A stretch of DNA of 32,000 nt from Comamonadaceae bacterium (lineage in GTDB: Bacteria > Pseudomonadota > Gammaproteobacteria > Burkholderiales > Burkholderiaceae_C): contig CANJQN010000009.1 of assembly GCA_947476465.1 (NCBI GenBank), positions 52,611 through 84,610 of the forward strand, read 5' to 3'. The notes beneath the pieces are model-generated. The model was not told the DNA's origin. It saw only the letters and a list, made by a program, of their open reading frames with translations, and ran no database searches. Positions within the stretch are counted from its first letter, which is position 1. Each line of letters begins with the position of its first letter. The position numbers and the translations under genes were made by a program. This document shows, piece by piece, positions 7,316-14,687 of the stretch.

Positions 7316-9729
7316 GTGGCGTGGATCTCGATGATGGGTTCGGGTCGTCCGCGGCGCACCGGCGGCGTCAGGACCACGGGCGCGAGCGGTGGCGCACGGT
7401 AGGACGCGGCACGCCGGTCCTCGGCAGCCGGCTGGTAGAGGGTGGTGCGCTGGCTGGGCTCGCGGCCTGCCTGGCGTATCAGGGCATCCATGCGCGCGGG
7501 AGGCATTTCCTGCCCGTGCACGGTGCCGGCGGCGCGCGAGATGCTCTCGTTCATGAGCGTTCCGCCCAGATCGTCGGCGCCCGCGCCCAGGCACGCGGCC
7601 GCGCCCTCGGGGCCCATCTTGACCCAGGACGTCTGCACGTGCGGCAGCACCGGGTGAAGCGCCAACCGGGCCACCGCATGCATCAGCATCGCCTCGCGGA
7701 AGGTGGGGCCACGACGCGACAGGCCCTGGCGGTGCATTGGCGCCTCCATGTGGACATAGGGCAGCGGCACGAACTCGGTGAAACCGCCGGTGCGCGCCTG
7801 CAGCGACCGGATGCGCAGCAGGTGCCGGGCCCAGTGGGTCGATGTTTCGACGTGGCCGAACATGATGGTGGCCGTGGTACGAAGGCCGCACTGGTGCGCC
7901 GCCTCCATGACCTCCAGCCACTCTGCAGTCGTCAGCTTGTCGGGGCATATCTGGGCGCGGACCTCGTCGTCCAGGATCTCCGCAGCCGTGCCCGGCAGCG
8001 AGCCCAAACCGGCGTCGCGCAGGCGGCGTAGGAACGTCGCGAGGTCCACGCCCGTCGTGCGCGCACCGTGCAGGATTTCCAGCGGGGAGAACGCATGGAT
8101 GTGCATGCGCGGCTGCGCGGCCTTCACGGTGCGGCAAATCTCGACGTACGTGTCGCCCGTGTAGGCCGGATGAATGCCGCCCTGCATGCACACCTCGGAG
8201 GCGCCACGATCCCACGCCTCGGCCACCCGTCGGGCGATCTCGTCGTGCGCCAGGTCGTATGGCACGCCCCGCAGGTCCTCCGCGCCGCGGCCCTTGGCAA
8301 AGGCGCAGAAGCGGCAGCGAAACGTGCACATGTTGGTGTAGTTGATGTTGCGGTTCACCACGTACCGCACGTCGCCTCCGACGGTCTCGCGCCGCAGCCG
8401 GTCGGCCGCTTCGCACACCGCGTCGAAATCGGCGCCCCGGACGGCGAACAGCGCGACGAGCTCTTCCTCGCGCAGGAGGGCGCCGTCGGCCGCCTTGGCC
8501 AATACACCGCGGACCCTGTCGTCCCGTGCGCTCACCCGCACGCCATGCCCGCCGCCGGTGGCGCTGGGCGGCGCACCGGCGCCGGCTATCCAGTCGTCGA
8601 TGCGCGGGTAACCGTCGGTGTCCACCCGGTGGCGCAGCCGCGTGGCCATCTCCGGTGGGAACCAGCGAGCGCCGTCGCGGCAGTAGGAAGGGTATGCGGC
8701 AAGCCGCTCTACCAGTTCGTAGCCGGCGTTACGGGTGGCCTCTCGGAGCGTGGCGATTGCGGGCCATGGACGCTCCGGGTTGACGTGGTCCGGTGTCACG
8801 GGCGAGATGCCGCCCCAGTCATTGATGCCTGCCGAGAGCAGCGTGGGGAAGCTGCGGTCGGACAGGTTGGGCGGCACCTGGATGTTGGCGTCGGCGCCCA
8901 GCACCACTCGGGCCGCAGCCACCGTCCAGAGCAGGTCGTCCAGGCCGGGCTCCACGCAACCCGCCATGCGCGTGCCGGACTTGGCGCGGAAATTCTGCAC
9001 GATGACTTCCTGTACGTGGCCATGCCGTCGATGAAGGTCCCGAATGGCCAGCAGCGCCTCGATGCGTTCCACGCGGGTCTCGCCGATCCCGATCAGAATG
9101 CCGGTGGTGAACGGAACGGCAAGCTCGCCGGCCGTGTTCAGCATTGCCAGCCGCACCGAGGGGAGCTTATCCGGGGAACCATGGTGCGGCCCGCCGCGCT
9201 CGCAAAGGCGCTGGGCGGTTGACTCCAACATCAGGCCTTGCGAGACCGACACATGGCGCAACCGGGCGATGTCCGTGGCGTCCATCACGCCGGCATTGAC
9301 GTGTGGCAGCAGCGTTGTCTGCGCCACCACCAGCTCGCACATGGCGACCAGGTAGTCCGAAGTGCTGGCATAGCCCAGTCGTGCCAGTTCTTCGCGTGCG
9401 GCTGCATAGCGCAGCTCGGGTTTGTCGCCGAGCGTGAACAACGCCTCGTGGCAGCCGGCCGCCTGTCCGGCTCGGGCGATTGACAAAACCTCTTCGGGGG
9501 TGAGGTAAGCGCGAGGCACCCTGGACGGAACGGTGGCGAAGGTGCAGTAGGCGCAGCTGTCACGACATAGCCGTGTCAACGGGATGAAGACCTTGCGCGA
9601 GTAGCTGACGCGCGGGCCGTGGGTCGACCATGAGAGTTCGCGCGCCCGGGCCAGCAGGCCTGTCAGAGGCTGTGAGCCCAGCTGCTCGGCCAGTTCGAGG
9701 GCCTCGGCGCCGGCAGTATCGGATGTCAT
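7312..9729 (-). CDS. fbiC: Bifunctional FO synthase (7,8-didemethyl-8-hydroxy-5-deazariboflavin synthase, fused CofG+CofH)
   Basis: ~805 aa. Two radical-SAM clusters, CRDSCAYC (CofG half) and CTFRCRFC (CofH half). I prefer the ATG at 9729 (AGGGG 6 nt upstream) over the TTG at 9768, which abuts the upstream stop. Confidence 0.9.
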   Translation of the reverse strand: MTSDTAGAEALELAEQLGSQPLTGLLARARELSWSTHGPRVSYSRKVFIPLTRLCRDSCAYCTFATVPSRVPRAYLTPEEVLSIARAGQAAGCHEALFTLGDKPELRYAAAREELARLGYASTSDYLVAMCELVVAQTTLLPHVNAGVMDATDIARLRHVSVSQGLMLESTAQRLCERGGPHHGSPDKLPSVRLAMLNTAGELAVPFTTGILIGIGETRVERIEALLAIRDLHRRHGHVQEVIVQNFRAKSGTRMAGCVEPGLDDLLWTVAAARVVLGADANIQVPPNLSDRSFPTLLSAGINDWGGISPVTPDHVNPERPWPAIATLREATRNAGYELVERLAAYPSYCRDGARWFPPEMATRLRHRVDTDGYPRIDDWIAGAGAPPSATGGGHGVRVSARDDRVRGVLAKAADGALLREEELVALFAVRGADFDAVCEAADRLRRETVGGDVRYVVNRNINYTNMCTFRCRFCAFAKGRGAEDLRGVPYDLAHDEIARRVAEAWDRGASEVCMQGGIHPAYTGDTYVEICRTVKAAQPRMHIHAFSPLEILHGARTTGVDLATFLRRLRDAGLGSLPGTAAEILDDEVRAQICPDKLTTAEWLEVMEAAHQCGLRTTATIMFGHVETSTHWARHLLRIRSLQARTGGFTEFVPLPYVHMEAPMHRQGLSRRGPTFREAMLMHAVARLALHPVLPHVQTSWVKMGPEGAAACLGAGADDLGGTLMNESISRAAGTVHGQEMPPARMDALIRQAGREPSQRTTLYQPAAEDRRAASYRAPPLAPVVLTPPVRRGRPEPIIEIHAT

Positions 9730-9764
9730 GGCTGCCCCTGCACAGGTGTGGACTGGGTCGCGCG

Positions 9765-10715
9765 TCAAACCCGGGCGAGCACCTCGCGCTGGAAGGCCTC
9801 CATGGCCGCCAGCACCTGGTCGGCTGAGTCTTCCGCGAACCGGAAGTCGAGAGCGCGCAGGCCCAGGTCGCGCACGCGCTTGAGGTCGTCGGCGATCTCG
9901 GTCCAGGATCCGGAGAAGAGTTGCCGCTCGCCGTCGCTGGCGAGTGGCGCAAGGCGCTGCCCGTGCTTATGAAGGCGCAGGGCGAGCCCTACGCTGCCGG
10001 GTGCCCGGCCAGCCGCTTCGGCCAGCCCGTTCATCTTCTCCATGCCAGCGCGCAGCCGCGGAAGGCTGTCAAGCGGGATCTTCTGGTCGTTCGGCACTGG
10101 GTACCAGGCGTCGCCGAACCGCGCGGCCCGGCGCATCGCGGGATCGCTCAAGCCGCCGATCCAGATCGGCGGGTGCGGTTTCTGCACAGGCTTGGGCTCC
10201 ATCCGGATCGGCTGGAAACGCACATGGGTGCCCTCGTACTGCACCTCTGACTGCGTCCACAGCGCCTTGAAGACCTCCAGGTACTCGTCCGTCGCCCGGC
10301 CGCGCTTGGCAAAGTCCGGCGCGCCGAGGGCGTCGAACTCCTCCTTCATCCAGCCGGTGCCGACCCCGATGGTGAGGCGTCCGCCCGACAGCACATCGAT
10401 GGTCGCCAGTACCTTGGCATTGAGGACCGCCGGTCGGTAGGGCGCGACCATCACGGAGGTGACGAACCGCAGCGTGCGGGTCTTGGCGGCCATAAAGGCG
10501 ATGGCGGTCAGCTGCTCGTGGCGGCCCACCTCGGCCGCCACGGCCTTGCCGCTTGCGTCGTAAGGGTACTTCGACTCGACGGTGACGGGGCTGACGAGGT
10601 GGTCGCTGAACGTCGTGTAGTCGAAGCCCAGTTGCTCGCCTGTGGTGATGGCGCGGACAAGCTGGTCGGCATCAGCCACCAGTTCAGGGGAGCGGACGTC
10701 GAAACCGATTTGCAT
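9765..10715 (-). CDS. Luciferase-like monooxygenase (LLM) class oxidoreductase, probably F420-dependent
   Basis: ORF 9765..10832. Met40 (nt 10715) follows AGGAGA and starts MQIGFDV...GFDYTTFSDHL...VLSGGRLTIGVGTGW...HPPIWIGG, a typical LLM TIM-barrel. F420 dependence is inferred from its position as first gene of the F420 operon. Confidence 0.75.
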   Translation of the reverse strand: MQIGFDVRSPELVADADQLVRAITTGEQLGFDYTTFSDHLVSPVTVESKYPYDASGKAVAAEVGRHEQLTAIAFMAAKTRTLRFVTSVMVAPYRPAVLNAKVLATIDVLSGGRLTIGVGTGWMKEEFDALGAPDFAKRGRATDEYLEVFKALWTQSEVQYEGTHVRFQPIRMEPKPVQKPHPPIWIGGLSDPAMRRAARFGDAWYPVPNDQKIPLDSLPRLRAGMEKMNGLAEAAGRAPGSVGLALRLHKHGQRLAPLASDGERQLFSGSWTEIADDLKRVRDLGLRALDFRFAEDSADQVLAAMEAFQREVLARV

Positions 10716-11116
10716 AGGGAGGTCTCCTGGAACGGGTGTTGGAGTCAGGCGACGCCGACGCCGGCGGCGTTGTGGACGGCCGCCGCGCGAGCTAAATGGC
10801 AGGTGCGGTGTGGCGCATACGGTGGTCGCCACGGAGATTATGCAGTGCGCGCACAGGTGCCGCGCATCGCGATGGGTGGCAAGGTCCTTGCCATCGCGCC
10901 CCCCTTTCGCGTGCGGCGAGACCTTTGCGCCCTGGGTTACGGTCCCTTCCGTTCCGCCGCAACTGGCGCAGGCCTCGACGCCATCGATCGTGCTCGCGCT
11001 GGTGGGCTAGCAACGCGATTGTTTCAGCGCTGATGGGTAGCCACCCTGCTCGCAGGGGCTGGCCGGCGATGTGGATCGATAATGATGACGTCGGGTGTGC
11101 TCTTGGAAGGCGATTG
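10716..11116. promoter_or_regulatory. Divergent promoter/operator region between the F420 operon and the LysR gene
   Basis: 401-bp non-coding gap between divergent start codons (10715 minus, 11117 plus). It must carry both promoters. No convincing sigma70 -35/-10 pair could be assigned by eye. Confidence 0.5.
10877..10893. promoter_or_regulatory. Perfect 17-bp palindrome TGGCAAGG-T-CCTTGCCA; sigma54 -24/-12-like on both strands, or a dimeric regulator operator
   Basis: Read directly. On either strand it reads TGGCAAG-N4-TTGCC, i.e. GG-N10-GC spacing as in the TGGCACG-N4-TTGCW consensus. No enhancer-binding protein gene in the window. Confidence 0.3.
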
Positions 11117-12097
11117 ATGGACGAATTCGCGCGTATTCAGACCTTCATCAAGGTGGTCGAAGCCGGGAGCTTTTCGGCAGCTGCCCGGGACGGCTCCTCC
11201 ATCAGTTCGGTCGCCCGCCAGATCAAGTCGCTTGAGGAAGACTTGGAAGTACGGTTGCTCAATCGCACCACGCGAAGCCTGTCATTGACCGAGCCAGGGC
11301 GGCTGTTCTATGAACGCGCTTGCGCCTTCGCCAAGGACTTCAACAACGCCAAGCTCGAAGTGAGGTCGTTCCACGAGAGCGTCAAGGGCGTGCTGCGCGT
11401 GGCCTTGCGGCCGTCGACGGCCAGCACCGTCATCGTCCCGGCGCTCCCAGCGCTACTCGAAAAATATCCGGATCTGAGCATCGACATCACGCTGCGGGAC
11501 GACCGCTGCGACCTCGTGGCCAACAAGATCGACGTGGCGATCTGGCTGGGCGACCTGCCCGATTCCGATGTGGTCGCCAGACGGTTGATGCCCAGCCAAC
11601 GGATCGTGTGTGCGTCACCTGGCTACCTGGAAAAGCATGGTGTGCCGCAGTTTCCTTCGGACCTGCGCGAACACGAGTGCATCGTCTTTGCGATTCCAAC
11701 CCACGGGAGCGGCTGGACATTCAGCAGGGACGGCCAGGAAGAGCGGATCGATGTACGCGGGGCTGTGCGTTCGGACAACGGTGTCGTGCTGCTTGCCGCA
11801 GCACAGGCCGGCCTGGGCTTGATCGTCGTCCACGAGTGGATGGTCCGCCGGCTAATCGCGCAGGGAAGCCTGGTCAGGGTGCTTGCCGACTACAAGGTGA
11901 ACCCGACAGCCGGGGAGGGCGCCTTGCATGCGGTGTATCCGAGCAGCCGCGGCCTGTCCCTGAACGTTCGTGTCTTCGTTGATTTTCTCGTCGAGCTGTT
12001 TCACGACCCCGAGGCGCCGGCCGTCCCCGGCGCAGTGCCTGCACTTTTTCAGTATAAGCAAAGCACCTTGCCACCCGGCAGCATAGACGCGGCATAG
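11117..12097 (+). CDS. LysR family transcriptional regulator
   Basis: ORF 10796..12097. Met108 (nt 11117) begins the canonical MDEFARIQTFIKVVEAGSFSAAARDGSSISSVARQIKSLEEDLEVRLLNRTTRSLSLTEPG winged-HTH, followed by a LysR substrate-binding domain. Confidence 0.85.
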   Translation: MDEFARIQTFIKVVEAGSFSAAARDGSSISSVARQIKSLEEDLEVRLLNRTTRSLSLTEPGRLFYERACAFAKDFNNAKLEVRSFHESVKGVLRVALRPSTASTVIVPALPALLEKYPDLSIDITLRDDRCDLVANKIDVAIWLGDLPDSDVVARRLMPSQRIVCASPGYLEKHGVPQFPSDLREHECIVFAIPTHGSGWTFSRDGQEERIDVRGAVRSDNGVVLLAAAQAGLGLIVVHEWMVRRLIAQGSLVRVLADYKVNPTAGEGALHAVYPSSRGLSLNVRVFVDFLVELFHDPEAPAVPGAVPALFQYKQSTLPPGSIDAA

Positions 12098-12185
12098 ACT
12101 GGTGCCTCTTGCTCAACTGACTCATGACTCGCCGGTCGAGAATTCGTGTGGACCCGGTTACCTGGTGTGATCTGACGAGGAAACC

Positions 12186-12410
12186 ATGGTGACAAAGGCA
12201 AAGCTGAGTCTTGTGATCGGCGGCGGCGGCGGCGACGGCAGAGGCGCCGCTTGCTGCCGTCTGATGGCCCAGACAGGCTGGCGAGTCGCCGTTGCCAAGG
12301 AGGCGCAATATGGCCGCAGCGGTGTGCGCGTCAATTCCGTATCGCCCGGCGCGACTGAGGAATTTATGGCGGCGTTCCGGGGCCTGTCGGCGAATAAGAG
12401 TATGGATTGA
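12186..12410 (+). pseudogene. SDR gene relic with internal deletion (74-aa ORF)
   Basis: The translation joins an SDR N-terminus (KLSLVIGGGGGDGRGAACCRLMAQTGWRVAVA, degenerate TGxxxGxG) directly to a C-terminal SDR segment (GVRVNSVSPGAT). The ~140 aa containing the catalytic Ser and YxxxK are missing. A GAGGAA RBS is retained. Confidence 0.5.
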
Positions 12411-12436
12411 CAGCACGCATGAAGGAGACAAGCAAC

Positions 12437-13474
12437 ATGGATCGACCAATGGAAGCAACGAGGCTACAAATGACTACTTCGAACACATCGATGACCCGTC
12501 GGGATGCCTTGCGCCTGGCCGCAGGCGTCTCAGCCGCGATCGCAACGCCTTCGATCCTTGCGCAGGATGCGACTTGGCCGACCCGGCCAGTCCGGATCGT
12601 TCTGGCCATCGCGGCAGGATCGTCCGGAGACTCGCTGGCGCGCATGCTCAAGCCGCGCCTGGAGGCGATCTGGAAGCAGACGGTCATTGTGGAGAACAGG
12701 CCGGGCGCAGGCGGGATCATCGGCTCTGAGCATGTGTCGAAGGCGACGGACAACCACACGTTGCTGATGGCGTCCCACAGCTCCATCCTGCCCAAGTTCA
12801 CCAAGAAGGACCTGGGTTACGACCCCCTCACCGACCTGCAACCGGTCCACAAGGTCATCAATTACCAGATGATCCTGACCGTCAACGAGCAGACGGGCCG
12901 CACCGTCAAGACACTGCAGGACCTGGTGGCGCTCAGCCGCAGCTCGCCGAACGGGATCTTCTTCTCCGGCGTGGGGCGCACCGGCAGCTTCAATATCGCG
13001 ATGGCGATCCTGAACCAGCAACTGGGTATCAACTACACCGCGCTGGATTTCAACAGTATCGGCGACATGAACTTGGCCGTCCTGCGCGGCGATGCGCAGT
13101 TTGTGATGAACACGCCCAGTGCTGTGAAGGGGCATATCGGCGCTGGCGCAATGCGGGCCATTGCAGCGCTCAGCCACGAACGGTATCCCAACCTGCCGGA
13201 TGTCCCGACAGTGTTCGAAGCGGGCTACAAGGGGTACCTGCCAGTGCTGTGGGCCGGGTTGATGGCACCGAAAAGCATGCCAACAGCCGTGGTGGACCAG
13301 GTTGCCCGCGACGCGCGTGCCGCGCTTGTGGATCCGGCATTCAAGACACAGATCGAGTCCAACATTACCGGCGCGGTGCCGCAGAGTTCTCCCGCGGAGT
13401 TCCGTAAGGAGCTGATCGAGGAAACGACCGCTTGGGCGGCAGTGTTCAAAGCGATGAAGTTCGAGCCGCAGTGA
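12437..13474 (+). CDS. Bug family (TctC-like) tripartite tricarboxylate transporter periplasmic substrate-binding protein
   Basis: ORF 12407..13474. The ATG at 12437 sits 8 nt after AAGGAGA. Signal peptide-like MTRRDALRLAAGVSAAIATPSILAQ, then PVRIVLAIAAGSSGDSLAR and VENRPGAGG. The start is uncertain (alternative Met at 12491). Confidence 0.85.
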   Translation: MDRPMEATRLQMTTSNTSMTRRDALRLAAGVSAAIATPSILAQDATWPTRPVRIVLAIAAGSSGDSLARMLKPRLEAIWKQTVIVENRPGAGGIIGSEHVSKATDNHTLLMASHSSILPKFTKKDLGYDPLTDLQPVHKVINYQMILTVNEQTGRTVKTLQDLVALSRSSPNGIFFSGVGRTGSFNIAMAILNQQLGINYTALDFNSIGDMNLAVLRGDAQFVMNTPSAVKGHIGAGAMRAIAALSHERYPNLPDVPTVFEAGYKGYLPVLWAGLMAPKSMPTAVVDQVARDARAALVDPAFKTQIESNITGAVPQSSPAEFRKELIEETTAWAAVFKAMKFEPQ

Positions 13475-13502
13475 CGCACTCAGCCCGGTCCACCGCCATA
13501 CC

Positions 13503-14450
13503 ATGAAAGCGATTCTCGCAACTTCCAACGGTGCCCAAGTCCAGGACATCGCCCTTCCCCAACCTGGGCCGCAGGAGATCCTCGTGCGCGTGCGCGCCGC
13601 GAGTCTGAACCGTGCCGATCTGTCTGTGCTTGCGTCCAAGGACGGACGGGTGATGGGCATGGAGTGGGCCGGCGAGGTGGCGCAAGTCGGAAGCGCCGTG
13701 ACCGAATGGAAGCCTGGCGATCGGGTCGCGTGCTCAGGGGTCGGCGCTTTTGCCGAATATGCGCTGGCCGACCGTGGCCGCGCGATTCGAATCCCCGATG
13801 CCCTGGCGTTCGAGGATGCGTCCGCCGTGATGATGGCATGCCTGACGATGCACAACGCCATCGCCACGGTGGGCCGTCTGCAAGCCGGAGAGGCCGTCCT
13901 GATCCACGGCGCCAGCTCTGGTGTCGGTCTGATGGGCCTGCAGATCGCCAAGCTGCTGGGCGCTGGCGTGGTCATCGGCACATCGACCAGTGCGAGCCGG
14001 CGTGATCGGCTCCACGAGTTCGGGGCCGACCATGCCGTCGATCCCGCCGAACCCGACTGGGTCGAGCGCATCGTCGCCGCAACCTCGGGCAAGGGTGTTG
14101 ACTTGATCGTCGACCAGGTGACCGGCCCTGCGTTCAACCAGACCATGAGAGCCTGTGCCGTGCTCGGGCGCATCGTGAACGTCGGCCGGCTCGGGGGTGG
14201 CATGGGCCCCTTCGATTTCGAGTGGCATGCACTGCGGCGGATCACCTATAGCGGGGTCACCTTTCGCACACGCTCGGTGCATGAAATCCGCGATCTCACG
14301 GCCGCCATGGAACGCGATCTCTCCGGGGCCATCGCCGAGCGCAGATTGCGCCTTCCGATCGACAAGGTGTTCCCGTTGCAGGACGCCGCAAGCGCTTTGT
14401 CTCGCATGGGCTCGGACGCCCACTTCGGAAAGATCCTTCTGACGGTCTGA
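13503..14450 (+). CDS. MDR superfamily NAD(P)H:quinone oxidoreductase-like protein (zinc-independent type)
   Basis: 315 aa. MKAILA...PGPQEILVRVRAASLNRADL, GMEWAGEV (no His zinc ligand), and the nucleotide motif VLIHGASSGVGLMGLQIAKLLGA. Confidence 0.85.
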   Translation: MKAILATSNGAQVQDIALPQPGPQEILVRVRAASLNRADLSVLASKDGRVMGMEWAGEVAQVGSAVTEWKPGDRVACSGVGAFAEYALADRGRAIRIPDALAFEDASAVMMACLTMHNAIATVGRLQAGEAVLIHGASSGVGLMGLQIAKLLGAGVVIGTSTSASRRDRLHEFGADHAVDPAEPDWVERIVAATSGKGVDLIVDQVTGPAFNQTMRACAVLGRIVNVGRLGGGMGPFDFEWHALRRITYSGVTFRTRSVHEIRDLTAAMERDLSGAIAERRLRLPIDKVFPLQDAASALSRMGSDAHFGKILLTV

Positions 14451-14640
14451 CTGGACTGGCGGCTTCTCCTGTGTCGTCGCCTCCCGAAAGATGTGCTTGA
14501 AGGCGTTCCATCCGCTACCGTAGCCGTAGTAGCCTTTGTCTGCGGGAGAGGTGCTTGCCACCACGCAGGGCGAGCTACCCATGAGTGCGGCAGCAGCCTT
14601 TCGACGCGTGGCGACCTCGTCGTCGTGCAGGAAGCGCCCC

Positions 14641-14665
14641 AGCGCATCCCAGCGCATCCCAGCGC
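14641..14665. repeat. 10-bp tandem direct repeat (agcgcatccc x2 plus a partial third copy, agcgc)
   Basis: Read directly at 14641-14665, inside the 237-bp convergent spacer between the MDR and FMO genes. Confidence 0.7.
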
Positions 14666-14687
14666 CGCAGCCAGCGCTCTTGGTTCG

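Noticed and set aside
7316-8416. Upstream extension making npdG a 591-aa protein (ORF 6641..8416)
   Set aside because: The extension lies wholly inside fbiC in another frame. NpdG homology starts at the Met at 7315, which also forms an ATGA overlap with the fbiC stop.
9730-9768. TTG start at 9768 for fbiC (818-aa version)
   Set aside because: The start codon would overlap the stop of the upstream LLM gene (9765-9767) by 2 nt and has no RBS. The ATG at 9729 has an AGGGG purine tract 6 nt upstream. Only 13 residues differ, so the call is low-stakes.
12530-14245. 571-aa minus-strand ORF antisense to the Bug and MDR genes
   Set aside because: It is a shadow ORF crossing two unrelated, well-supported plus-strand genes and their intergenic gap, with low-complexity composition.
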